This document shows positions 1-12,188 of a stretch of 64,000 bases of DNA, in pieces (within the stretch, counting starts at the first letter, position 1; every line of letters begins with the position of its first letter). The stretch covers positions 851,014 through 915,013 of the forward strand of contig NW_003314298.1 in the NCBI RefSeq assembly GCF_000143415.4. The letters run 5' to 3'. The position numbers were made by a program, and so were the translations under genes. The notes under the pieces are model-generated. The model saw only the letters and a list, made by a program, of their open reading frames with translations. It ran no database searches and was not told where the DNA came from. This DNA is from Selaginella moellendorffii (lineage: Eukaryota; Plantae; Lycopodiophyta).

Positions 1-663
1 AACCGGACGGCTATGGCGCCTCACACATTCGCGGTGGAGTTTGACAGCGTCATGAACATGGAACTCCGGGATCCAAACAGCAACCACGTCGGCCTGGATG
101 TGGAAACCATCGTCTCCACCGTCACTGCCAATGCCTCCGACATTGGATTGATCCTCAACGATGGCTCCAGGACCTTCGCGTGGATCCAGTTCGATGGGTC
201 GAGCAGCGAGCTAGACGTGAGGATCAGCAAGGATAGGAACTCCAGGCCGACGAAGCCGCTGCTCTCGCACAAGGTAGATCTCAAATCAGTGCTCCGGCCG
301 TGGATGTACGTGGGTTTTAGCTCCTCCACCGGCGAGGCCTCGCAGAAGCACAAGGTGTTCTCCTGGAAGTTCTCCAGCGGCGGAAGTTCTTCCCCGAGTT
401 CTTCAAGCCGGAGGAGGTGGCGAAATGAGATACTCCTACAGGGGATTCACTCGCTCCCGGCGAATCCGTTATCCCCCTCGATCGCAAAAGAGGGAGAGGA
501 CGGATCATCAGAAGCCCCCCAGGTTTTGGATGATCACACTAGCAGCTTGGTGATTTTGGTGGTGGGATTTACGTGTGGAGCGAGCGTTACGTTGTTTTTG
601 CTTGCTGGTTGGGCTTTGATGCGTTCCAGATTTGATCACAATGCGTATCAGGAGATCAATTAA
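1..663 (+). CDS. L-type (legume) lectin domain protein with C-terminal TM helix, no kinase; 5' end outside window
   Basis: Lectin motifs FAVEFDS, NHVGLD, AWIQFDG and MYVGFSSSTG...HKVFSWKF; hydrophobic segment LVILVVGFTCGASVTLFLLAGWAL then stop at 661-663; frame is open back to base 1. Confidence 0.85.
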   Translation, partial: NRTAMAPHTFAVEFDSVMNMELRDPNSNHVGLDVETIVSTVTANASDIGLILNDGSRTFAWIQFDGSSSELDVRISKDRNSRPTKPLLSHKVDLKSVLRPWMYVGFSSSTGEASQKHKVFSWKFSSGGSSSPSSSSRRRWRNEILLQGIHSLPANPLSPSIAKEGEDGSSEAPQVLDDHTSSLVILVVGFTCGASVTLFLLAGWALMRSRFDHNAYQEIN

Positions 664-1180
664 CAGGCAACCTCAGCAATCTACTATGCAAGAAAGTCAA
701 TGTAGAGGTAAAGTCACATAGAGGTATGCTCTGCCTTATATATATTCTTGTGTGGGATGGTTCTTTTTCTTCTTCTTCCAATTTTTGTTCGTTTTCTTTC
801 TTTTTTTCTTCCTTTTTTCATATATTCTTTTCCTAGTCGGTTACCAGGTCAGTATAATAGTTTTAATTCTTTTTAGAGGAGGCAAAAAGAAGGATTTTTA
901 CTCTCTTTTTTTCTATTTTCGAAGATCTTTTCTCTTGGCGTGTTTTTTCAAGCTAGAAAGCTCTGTAAATTACATCTACAAATATAAAAATGTCCGTACT
1001 ATTATGAATGGTTCCGCATTTTCTCCGTACTTGTCGTTCGAACGAATCTGATTTTAGCATATACTAGCATATACGCTTTTCGTGACCTAAAAAAGACGCT
1101 TTCGATCTGACGGTGGCCATGCATCCAACGGTTGTGAGCCGCTCCAGCGAGGCTTTACATTGTGCGGCGCGCTGCAGTGC

Positions 1181-1190
1181 GTAGGGTTTC
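1181..1190 (+). promoter_or_regulatory. Telo-box (TAGGGTTT) upstream of EF2
   Basis: GTAGGGTTTC lies ~95 bp upstream of the ATG; telo-boxes are typical of plant translation-factor promoters. Function not shown. Confidence 0.5.
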
Positions 1191-1277
1191 TTGGCGGTCG
1201 TAGGCGGCGGCGGCAGAGGCGAGGCGGCCGGATTTTCCTCTCCTTAGCAGCGCGAGCGATCTCAATCGCCTGCCAAG

Positions 1278-3925
1278 ATGGTGAGTGATTCCTCTGGAAT
1301 TCGTAGCGGATTCTGACATCGTGATGCTCTTTCCAGGTGAAATTCACGGCAGAAGAGCTGCGCCGGATCATGGACAAGAAGCACAACATCCGGAACATGT
1401 CTGTGATTGCTCATGTCGATCACGGTGAGTTTCTTCTAGATTTTCCATCCATTCAGTAGCTAAAGCTCGTCGATCTGAAATTTTCGCCAGGAAAATCCAC
1501 CCTGACGGATTCCCTGGTTGCGGCCGCTGGGATTATCGCCCAGGAGGTGGCTGGAGACGTCCGGATGACCGACACACGCCAGGATGAGGCCGAGCGTGGA
1601 ATCACTATCAAGTCGACTGGAATTTCCCTCTACTACGAGATGACCGAGGAGTCCTTGAAAGCTTTCAAGGGGGAGCGAGATGGTTCTGAGTACCTGATCA
1701 ATTTGATCGACTCTCCAGGGCACGTCGACTTTTCATCCGAGGTCACGGCTGCTTTGCGAATCACCGACGGTGCTCTGGTGGTGGTGGACTGTGTGGAGGG
1801 TGTCTGCGTCCAGACCGAGACTGTTCTTCGGCAGGCACTGGGAGAGAGGATCAGGCCGGTTTTGACAGTGAACAAGATGGACAGGTGTTTCCTCGAGCTC
1901 CAAGTCGATGGCGAGGAAGCTTACCAGACTTTTCAGCGCGTTATCGAGAACGCCAACGTTATCATGGCTACTTACGAGGACGCGCTCCTCGGCGACGTCC
2001 AGGTCTACCCAGAGAAGGGGACGGTGGCGTTTTCGGCTGGTCTCCACGGCTGGGCCTTCACCCTGACCAACTTCGCCAAGATGTACGCGTCCAAGTTCAA
2101 CGTGGACGAGAAGAAGATGATGGAGAGGCTTTGGGGAGAGAACTTCTTTGATCCGGCGACGAAGAAGTGGACGTCGAAGAACACTGGCTCCCCCACCTGC
2201 GTCCGTGGCTTCGTGCAGTTCATCTACAACCCCATCAAGCAGATCATCGCCATCTGTATGAACGATCAGAAGGACAAACTGTGGCCCATGCTCCAGAAGC
2301 TCAACGTGACGTTGAAGAACGAGGACAAGGAGCTTGTTGGCAAGCCTCTTATGAAGCGTGTCATGCAGACATGGCTGCCCGCTAGCGACGCGCTCCTGGA
2401 AATGATGTATCATTTGCCATCTCCAGCTAAGGCCCAGAGGTACCGTGTGGAGAACCTCTACGAGGGACCCCTGGACGACAAGTACGCTGCTGCCATCAGG
2501 AACTGCGATCCCGACGGCCCCCTGATGCTCTACGTTTCCAAGATGATTCCGGCTTCGGACAAGGGCAGGTTCTTTGCTTTCGGACGAGTCTTCGCGGGCA
2601 AGGTGTCCACGGGCTTGAAGGTTCGCATCATGGGACCGAACTACATTCCCGGGCAGAAGAAGGATCTGTACGTAAAGAGCGTACAGAGGACAGTTATCTG
2701 GATGGGCAAGAAGCAGGAATCCGTGGAGGATGTTCCGTGCGGTAACACGGTGGCCATGGTTGGACTCGACCAGTTCATCACCAAGAATGCGACCCTGACC
2801 AACGACACAGAGAGCGACGCTCATCCCATCCGGGCCATGAAGTTCTCCGTCTCCCCGGTCGTCCGCGTTGCCGTCCAGTGTAAGGTGGCGTCCGACTTGC
2901 CGAAGCTGGTGGAGGGTCTCAAGCGGCTGGCCAAGTCGGACCCCATGGTGGTGTGCACGATGGCCGAGTCTGGCGAGCACATCATCGCCGGAGCTGGCGA
3001 GCTCCACCTGGAGATTTGCCTCAAGGATCTCCAGGACGACTTCATGGGTGGCGCCGAGATCAAGGTGTCGGACCCGGTGGTGTCTTTCCGGGAGACGGTG
3101 CTGGAGAGGTCCCGGCAGGTGATGAGCAAGTCGCCCAACAAGCACAACCGGCTCTACTTCGAGGCCCGGCCGCTGGAGGACGGCCTGGCGGAGGCGATCG
3201 ACGACGGCAAGGTCGGGCCACGCGACGACCCCAAAGTTCGCTCCAAGATCCTGGCGGAGGAATTCGGGTGGGACAAGGACCTGGCGAAGAAGATCTGGTG
3301 CTTTGGTCCCGAGACCAACGGACCCAACCTGGTGGTGGACATGTGTAAGGGAGTCCAGTACCTGAACGAGATCAAGGACTCGGTGGTGGCGGCGTTCCAG
3401 TGGGCTTCCAAGGAGGGCGCGGTCGCGGAGGAGAACATGAGAGGCATCGCGTTCGAGGTTTGCGACGTGGTGCTCCACACGGACGCGATCCACAGGGGCG
3501 GCGGGCAGATCATCCCGACGGCCAGGAGGGTGATGTACGCGTCGCAGCTGTGCGGCAAGCCGAGGCTGCTGGAGCCAGTCTACCTGGTGGAGATCCAGGC
3601 GCCGGAGCAAGCGCTGGGAGGGATCTATGGAGTGCTCAACCAGAAGCGCGGGCACGTAACGGAGGAGGTCCAGAGGCCCGGGACGCCACTCTACAACGTG
3701 AAGGCGTTCTTGCCGGTTATCGAGAGCTTTGGGTTCTCGACGGAGCTGCGAGCGGCCACGTCCGGGCAGGCGTTCCCGCAGTGCGTGTTTGATCACTGGG
3801 ATATGTTGAGCAGTGATCCCATGGATCCGGGGACGCAGGCCGGGGTGATTGTGGCGCAGATCAGGAAGAGGAAGGGGCTCAAGGACACCATCACGCCGCT
3901 CAGCGAGTACGAGGACAAGCTATAA
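1278..3925 (+). CDS. EF2: Eukaryotic translation elongation factor 2; exons 1278-1280 (ATG only), 1337-1424, 1491-3925 (841 aa)
   Basis: Splicing GT-AG introns gives [39 protein letters not shown]; [22 protein letters not shown]; diphthamide loop [15 protein letters not shown]. Confidence 0.98.
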
Positions 3926-4329
3926 GAAACTATCGGGGAGAGAGAGAGAACACAAGTTTTTATATGCTACTTTTACTTTTCTTTTTTTTGTTTGTTTTTT
4001 GTTTTAATTTATTTTTCTGAAAACAATTCAGAATAGTTAAATATGAGAATATTATGCTGTATTAAACAGAAGAGAAGAGAAAAGGTTTGAAAAGTCCTAA
4101 ACCAAAGTCTTAAACCATAGGATTCTAATTTGATTCTCGTGGTTTAGAGGAACCAAAGTTTGGTTAAGGTGTGATTACGGATTGTGAGGGAAGGATTGTT
4201 AGGCACTAGGTTAGAATAAAAAGAGTTTAGAAAAAGCCTTACAATCCCTTTCTCAGTTGGGTTAGGGCGTAAGGGATAAATCAATGTAATTATTTGCTAA
4301 TTGCTTATAATTCACATTAGAGTTTCTTT

Positions 4330-5310
4330 TTTACCTGAATTCTTTCTAATGTTTGGACACCGTACATTCCTGTGCATCCACCCTCTCTTGTGCATATAGT
4401 TCAAGGCCTCGATCACATCTGGCAATGCTGCCACGAGCTCTTGAATTGTAGTCACTGTGGGTTTCACCCTCAACCGAGTATAGAATAGACAATAACCTTG
4501 ATCCTTAAAGCCTTTGACTTGGTGAGGAGATGAGATCCAACGAGCCTCTCTATGTTAATTCCTTGCAACACAGCCTCGTGTGTTTCTGCGGGCACCAGTG
4601 TACTTACTGCACACTGGTGCTCATTCAAAGCCATTTTGTTGTAGATATCTATGACATTTTCCGAAGCCTGTAAATGGAGAAACCACTAAGCCATTACCAG
4701 AAACAGGAGATCACTTACCTCAGCAGATCCGTATGCCTTCTTCACTGGCTTGTAACCATTCACCTCTATCACCTTGGATCTGGTGCTGACAGTATACTGG
4801 TCTAGCTCCACGTTATGTGCCTCAAGTAGCCCGATGAACACTGGTATGATGCGAGCAAAGTTGAAGATGCATACCAGTGGCTTTGGGAAACTTCTCCTGT
4901 CGTCCAGCTCCAGCTTCAGAAGTTCCCAGCACTTTGATTTGCCAAGCTTCCACTTCTGAGCCAGGTCTGCTGTTATCGCCATCAGATGAACTTCGAAGCC
5001 GTTTGCAGCATATCCCAGTATGTAATCCACCCCATGATACATCCAAACTGGCTTTGCGGTTATCTCGAGCACCAGCATTTCACCTCTCTTTTCGTCTGCT
5101 ATAAGCACCAGAGGCCTGTCGTTCAAACGAAGAACGCATTATCCCACATTCTGCTTCCCATACACGTCCTCACAGAAGTGTCCTTGTGGTTAACGAACGA
5201 GAAGTCTTTTTGCCAGGTATCCCTTAGCCAGCAGTCCCAGGTTGATCAGCCCTGATGGCAGCCCCTGCTCAAAGCCTCCAAGAAGGTTTTCAACATGCGT
5301 TGAAGTCTTG
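4330..5310 (-). pseudogene. Crinkler-type REase + protein kinase pseudogene (copy 1)
   Basis: Broken frames give WDCWLRD...DNAFFV*..ADEK..EITAKPVWMYHGVDYILGYAANGFEVHLMAI, and downstream (about 4470-4340) VKPTVTTIQELVAALPDVIEALNYMHKRGWMHRNVRCPNI, a kinase catalytic-loop remnant. Stops and frameshifts present. Confidence 0.65.
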
Positions 5311-5733
5311 CTTATATAAAAATAAGTCTTGCTTAGGTAAAAATCACCTGGAATTTCGGCCCTTTAAATGACACAACAAATGCAAGATGAGTCTTAGTCA
5401 TGAATTGAACTTTAGAAGCTTGGCGGCTCATTAACATCCTTAACAACGTATTTAGTTGACTAAACAGAACAGCAACAGCTCCTTTTTCCAGACCCAGCAT
5501 TGCAAATATTGAAAGCCTGAACTGCAGTTCGGCCAGCTTTCTGATGAGGAAGCCATTATGCCATGCCAGAATACAGTGCCCATTCTGGGCATATGCAGCT
5601 AGAATGGGATTCTCCGTTAAGGATTTAGGGTTTCTTTCTCCTGGAAGAGAAAACGGCCCCGAATTTTCCATAGAATCGGAGATGGAATAGCAGCTGCCCT
5701 TTTGCCCTCCATCGAATTAGGGTTTAGGGTTTT

Positions 5734-8140
5734 ATGATGGAGAAGCAGAGGGGGTACGGCATGAAGAGGAAGGCGCCCGGCTCCGTTCGCGTAAGTCTTG
5801 AAGATGCCAAGGCTGGGATCAACAAGATGAAGGCTCTGAAGTGGGAGGATCTGCTTGTGGTTGGCAAAGTAACTTCCCTGCCTTATCCAGGGATAGGCAA
5901 TCCACCTCCGAGGCCAGGAGGACCCTTTGACTTTGTCGGCATGGTTGATCTGCAGGAGGTACTCGACTGCCTCACGGATCTTGGTGCTGGGAAGGCGCTT
6001 CTCGTGGAGGGTCCAAGAGGCATCGGCAAAAGCTGCATTCTCAGGGCATTGGCGTGGATTCACATCCTGCAAGCAAATGATCATCAGAAGGTGCTGTGCA
6101 TCTGGGCAATGGAGGCCGCTCTCCGCGTGGGCAGTCTGGTGGATGTTGTCAAAGACGGCCTGCGTTTCGCATACTGCTTTCAGGACAGCGTGCTGGCGGA
6201 GATCGAGAGCCTCCGTTCCATGGCAGGGATCGTGGAGTTCATTCGAAGCCGCAAGTTGAAGGGGGACATTTTCTCTTTGATAGTTGACGGAGCCGAATAC
6301 ATGGATGTCCAGGATCTCACCGGGGCTGCGAAGGTGGAAAGGCAGGAACTGAGAAAGAGTGTGGATAGTCTTGCGAACGAGGCTTTTAAGCGTGTGTACG
6401 GGGCCCCCATTGTACCGTGGAACAAGATGCACCCTGAGATGTCAATAGTAGTCAGGTTACAGGATGGCTTTGCTAATGTAAGTGTGACTTTACCTTCCAG
6501 AATGCTTCAATCTCATATGTGGTTTGATTGTGTAGGAGGAGTATGATGCCTATGTTGGCAAGGTTTCTGTGCTGAAAGCTGTCTGCTTGGCTTTTCCCGG
6601 CTATGCGGACCTCATCAACTATTATGGCGGTCAGCATCCCCTGTCGCTGGCTGTTCTGGACTATAGCTTCAGGAAGCGAGCCGCATCGAAGCTGGCAGGC
6701 TGGGGTACTTGGTCATCACGGGTTCAGACGCCAGACAATAAGCAGACCCTTGAGCTATTACCGGATGCTGAAGACATTCAAGCAGCGCTGGACATGTTTG
6801 TCAGTTCATCAGAGGTTGAAGCCATCCGGGAGTCGATAGCGGTTTTGCTCAGAAAATACAGGGAACACGGGGTGGCCATGGCTTCATTATATAGCCAGGA
6901 TGAGATGATTGAGCTGGATGCCAGATATGCAGTTGAGGGAGGAGACTACTGCACGCAGTTCATCAAAAGGATATACGTTGAAGAGTTTCGGAGCGCAGAC
7001 AGGGTCTTTGGTGGTGCGCCAGCGTGGTTGCCTTACTGCAAGTACCTGCTTAAGAATCCTGTTGGAGTGAACTGGGCTGAGATGGGCTGGTTGTGCGAGC
7101 ACTTGATAGGGGATGCTCTCCTGATGGGAGGGGGTTTGGATCTGGATGGCTTCCACGTGCAGAATGTGAGATCTCGGGGGTTCACTACTGTCCCCAAGTT
7201 TGCAGATTGGCACTCCGAAGTAGGCGATGGTGTTTTCTTCATTCCTCTCAAGTACAACTATGGTTCCATCGATGGGCTGCTTGTCATCCGAATCCAGGGG
7301 AAGCTGCATCTCTTCGCAATCCAGATCACGGTGAACGCCAGCAGGCATTACCACAGCGCCGAAGAGTTCATGAACCTGTCCGTGGTGGAGGAATGGATCC
7401 CCAACATACTGGCAAAGCGTGACGAGTGGGAGCTGCATTTCGTTTTTGTCTGCTGCGAGAGCAAGGCTGCGGTCAAAGTTGCGCCGGAACTCAAGGCGAC
7501 GAGGAGTGGCAGCGCTTTCGGCACCTTGGCTTACACCATGCATCAGGTTACTTTCCAGTCGCTGCTGGCTAACTCGATCAGCAGCGACTTGAAGACAGTG
7601 TTAGAAGAGATAGCGATTAGGCGAACACCAGAAGAGGAAAGAGACTCTGCACCAGCAGGAGCAGCAGGAGCAGCAGCACAAACTACGGCAGCGGGGCCCA
7701 AATTGGTGGAGAGGTTGCTTGCTTACTCAGACCGCAAGAAGCTCAACCAGATTGCGCAAGACGAAGGCGTTGCTTTGGATCCTAAACTGAAGAAGCCGGA
7801 GTTTGTTCTGCAACTGGCAGCAAAGCTTGCATGCAAGGATGGTGATGGGGACAGTGAGGGAGGCGCAGCGCAGGGCCAGGGCTGCAAGAAGGCCGAGGAG
7901 GCGGGAAGCTCCAAGAAGCGATCGAATCCCAAGGATGCCGCTGGAGCTACTGGAGATGCGGCTGCTGCCTCCGCAAAGAAGAAGAAGATCAAGGATGGTA
8001 ATGGGGACAGTGAGGCGGGCCAGGGCAAGGCCGGGAGCTCCAAGAAGGCCGAGGAGGCGGGAAGCTTGAAGAAGCGATCAAAGCCCAAGGATGCTGCTTT
8101 AGATGCCGCTGCTGCCTCCGCAAAGAAGAACAAGAAGTGA
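5734..8140 (+). CDS. Crinkler/RHS-type P-loop NTPase + PD-(D/E)xK-like nuclease with C-terminal HeH-like motif and basic NLS-like repeats; exons 5734-6477, 6536-8140 (782 aa)
   Basis: Walker A GPRGIGKS and Walker B LIVDG. A 58-nt intron 6478-6535 (GTAAGT...TGTAG) joins the two ORFs in frame (DGFAN|EEYDAY...YGGQHPLSL). Nuclease-like NYGSIDGLLV...LFAIQITVN..H motif. Confidence 0.75.
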
Positions 8141-10420
8141 AAACAATGATTTCTTTTCTAACCGTTGATCTAATGGGAGCCGTCCGATCCAGCCCTTGTT
8201 CATTAGAAATTGTCGGGTACATGGGAGATGGAAAGCAAGTTTGACGATAAGCAAATCGACGAAGAAGTGGGCTTATTTATGGGGATTTGTTTGGACATCT
8301 AGTCAGCATCTAGATATATAGGTCAATGGAACACCTTGCTCATGTTCCTATACTGTCTTTTGTATCTCAAGTCTGATGGTTCTTAGGGGAAATTGGCTTC
8401 TTATGCTGGTTTATATGTGGCTTTGCAAAGGATGGTCCAATGAGTTGAGCTTGCTACAGCAGAAGTCAATGCTAGTAAATATAGTCAATTCTGTGTCCTT
8501 TAAAGGAAACCTTGCTAGAAAAAAAATTTAAAAAATGTATTGTCAATTAGTTTGAGATGAACTTATATTTTCTGATCTTATATATAAAAAAGACAGAACC
8601 ATTCATTTTGGATTTCTCTTGATGCATCTTCTCCTTTTTCCAATGAGTTAAAAAATGCACAATTTGGTGGAGAATCAAGCCATATGCAAGTATTTTTATT
8701 TTGCATTTCCCCTTGTCTTTACAACTTTGATTCTTGCACCAATTTGGAGAATTGTTTGTATAGATGTTTAGATCTGGTTATAAAGATTCCAAAGAATACT
8801 TTCTTAATGAGAAAAATGCAAAAATTAAGAGATCTTTCACTTTTTCTCATTCTTTTCTTCATTCCCTCTTTTTGGTTGTGTCCTAGAGCTTTAAGAGTGA
8901 GATTTCTTGAATGTTCTTTAAAATTTCTTTTATGAATCTCTTCCTTTGCTCTTTAACTTCCTTTCTTGCAAAAGAATTTTCCAAAAATAGTGAGTTTTAT
9001 CTTACATACTATATAGCTGTGACTTTGAGGAGTTTTTTCTTTCTTATTTCACCATCATTTTCATCTTTTTTAAGCATGTTGGATAAATCTCTTCTAGAGC
9101 TTTTAGCCATGTGCTTACATGCAAAATTTAATCGCAAGATGAGGAATTTGGAGTGGTTTCCCACTCATGTTCATTTATTTTGAGTAAAAAGAGTAGATTC
9201 AATTGCTTTTCATGCAATTATAAGCAATTTAGAGTAGATTTTCTTTCTATAGAAGTATAGTTGGCATCAAGGGCTTTCCTACACACTTGTCCTTATTGTT
9301 TTTAGTGCTCTTAAGTTTGAGATATTCATATTTTCTGCCTTTGCGAGCTTGTGGATGCTAGTGAGTGACAATTTTTAGGTTTCTTTTCAGATTTTACAGC
9401 TATTTATTTTGGCTGTAAGATCTTTATATCGACTTTAAAGATTCACATCTAGTGACTCTAGGATTGTTTCCTAGTTAGTCCTCCCCTTTGTTCTCTAATT
9501 TCTAGTCTTGTTTCCTTTGGTTTTGGGATAATTATTAAAAGATTTGCATTGTGGAGACTAATAAAATAAAATATCAATCTCTAATAGATTATAACCAATC
9601 ACCAACCATATGAATCACCACAGATGAAAAATCTCAATTTCTATAATATGCCTATGGAAAACATCTTATCTCATTTCAATCTCAACTTTCACAATATTAA
9701 TATTAAAGCATCACTTCAATGTTATCAACACCAAGATAAACTTAAAAAAATGTAAAAGAGAATCACCAATTTAAGACTAATCTATTATCAATACTTAATT
9801 AAGAGTGAATTACCATATCTTAGACTTAATGCAATCTAATAGCATAGACTAAACACAACAAGACATGAAAAAATCATGAAAGCCCAAGATCCTCTATAAT
9901 ACCATCTAATAACCAAATCCATCACCTAAGAAAAGTGTTTAATAGTCCTTAATTAAATTTACACACAATCACTCTTCCAATTGCCTTTATAAGACTTAAA
10001 TATCAAACTCACATCATCAAGTCATATACTTGTCTTAACAAGAAGGTAATACTTTAGGTCTAATATATAGGAATATGAATAAGTATAAACAAGATAACAA
10101 CTCAAATTCTATTGTACAATTATAAGCCCATGATAAATGCTTGGAAGTTTAGCTCTATCCAAGGGTTAAGTTCTACTCTATGGTTATATTATGATAAATT
10201 ACCATAAAATATAAGGTGAAAACCACATGATTACAATGTTCCCCACTCTTTATTCTAGGAAGTGACAAGTGTGCAAGTTTTGCATTGCCAAACTCCTTAC
10301 ATGACCTTTGGTGAATTGTGTCAATAACTAGATGATTATGGTTAAGGTCCTTGTTAATGTGATGTATGTCAAGTTATTGTATCTTGGCAGTGCAAAACTT
10401 ACACACTCATCAACTTGTGT

Positions 10421-10796
10421 AATGTTGTGATGCAAGAGTAGTGGCAAAAAACATAATAGTTCCATACTAAAACCTATAATAAAATAAAGAGGCAAACAAT
10501 TTAAAATAAGCCTTTTAGATTCAGCCATTAGCATCTGTTGTTTTGACAAGAATGTTTAAGAGTAGCCCAATGCAAACTCAACCAATCTAAAGTCATCATT
10601 TTCCATCGTTAAATGTTGTGATGACAAGAGTAGTGGCAAAAAACATGATACTTCCATGCAAAACTTATAATGAAACAAAGAGGTAAACAATTTAAAATAA
10701 ACCTTTTGGATTTAGCCACTAGCATTTTTTGTTTTGACAAGAATGTTTGAGAGTAGGCAGCCCAATGCAAACTCAATCTAAAGTCATTATTTTCCA
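10421..10796. repeat. ~190-bp diverged tandem duplication in AT-rich intergenic DNA
   Basis: 10421-10606 and 10612-10796 both run aatgttgtgatg..caagagtagtggcaaaaaacat...aatctaaagtcat.attttcca. Confidence 0.85.
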
Positions 10797-10999
10797 CATT
10801 ATCACAAGAAAACCTTCTTAGAATTCAGTGCAAGTTCAAGCTTGAGCATGAGCAAAAGCCAAGTCCGAATGTGAGCCTGAGCAAAAGCCCAAATACATGC
10901 TTGAGCCCAAGGGGTCGTAGGTCTGGGGTCAAAATGTTGTCCAGTTTAGCTGCAAGATCATTTGCCTGTCAAGCTTGCAAAGATCTATGGTAAAGTACA

Positions 11000-12130
11000 T
11001 GAATTTGTGAATGATTCTTGTAAAGGACAAATTAGTACACAATCAAAGAAGGTTTAGTGGATATATGTCCTAGAAAGGGAGCTTGCACTACTCTACAAGG
11101 CCGTGGTCTCCATTGGTGCTACAAGTGACACAATCAGGTATTTGTGGATGCAACTAGATTTGCTTCGCCTGTGAAAAGGAACAGTATTGTTGGAGTTAAC
11201 TCCATGCTAGGATCATGTTCATTCTCTGTATATCACTAGAATCCGCTCCAAAAGAACCTTTAGTGTCAAATGTGTCACTGTTGTTGTCATGAGGCTTGTC
11301 TCCACACAAACTAGTCTGCAGCTCCTTCACATGTTCCAGAGTGACTACAGGTAAGGTCATGTCATCCTAGGTAGCCTGGAGTGCTAGTGAAAAAGCCAAA
11401 CTATTGATCTTGTCCACTGGAAATATATTATCACCATTCTCGGGCATCTGCTCCAACATTGTTGGAGAATCTTGTCTACAATGTCCATGATCTGTGAAGA
11501 GGTTTTGGAGTGTCTACTGAGCTGAAGGGAAGTCCCATGGTAATAGAGTCTGGTCAAGTGAATGAAAGTAACCATACAGTAGTAAACTTCCTATGGCTCA
11601 CTTTCCTTGTGCACCACAGGATCTAAATGCCCCACAGCTACTTGTGCAGCCCCACTGATGGAAAACTCACACAAAGAAGTTCTGCATAGGGCTAGTGGGA
11701 ATCATGCGTATCCCAGTATGTAATCCATCCCGTGATACATCCAAATGGGCTTGGCAGTTATCTCGGGCCGCAGTTCTCCATCTTCATATCTCGTTTCTTC
11801 TGCCAGAGGCATGTCGCTCAAAACGAAGAACGCATTATCTGGCCTTCTTCTTCCTGTACACGTTATCACAGAAGGATCCCTGTAGTTACGGAATGAGAAG
11901 TCTTGTACTTGCTGCCACAGCCGCATGGCATCCCTCAGCCAGTAGTCCCAAATTGATAAACCCAATCCACCATAGTGGCTGCCATACCCGCCATTGCTCA
12001 AACATCCAAGAAGGTTTTCAATATGCGTTGACACCTTCTCACAGCACTCAAGCTGTATGTATGGGAATAGATGTCCAACAATTCGAATTGAAAGAACTGC
12101 CTGATCCGCCAACTTTCTCTATTCCCGTAT
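11000..12130 (-). pseudogene. Crinkler-type REase (+ degraded kinase) pseudogene (copy 2)
   Basis: ORF 11702-12112 STHIENLLG...WDYWLRD...RRRPDNAFFV...EITAKPIWMYHGMDYILGYA is clearly homologous to copy 1. The downstream part is too decayed to call firmly. Confidence 0.6.
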
Positions 12131-12188
12131 ATTCTACTATATTTATGAGATTAGACGAGGTAATTAGTTTTATGCTTGAGCACCACTC

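Noticed and set aside
752-1051. Phe-rich 99-aa ORF
   Set aside because: Translation of T-rich intergenic/3' UTR sequence.
1733-3796. 687-aa antisense ORF over EF2
   Set aside because: Mirror-frame ORF expected from strong GC3 codon bias; no recognisable motifs.
8600-10250. Possible decayed LTR/gag remnant (PPT-like AGTGGGGAACAT-TGTAA on minus near 10235)
   Set aside because: No second LTR, TSD or convincing protein motif; too degraded to support.
10270-10405. 22-bp inverted repeat pair (tgtgcaagttttgcattgccaa)
   Set aside because: Short, with a long spacer and no TSD; cannot be assigned to a MITE or miRNA.
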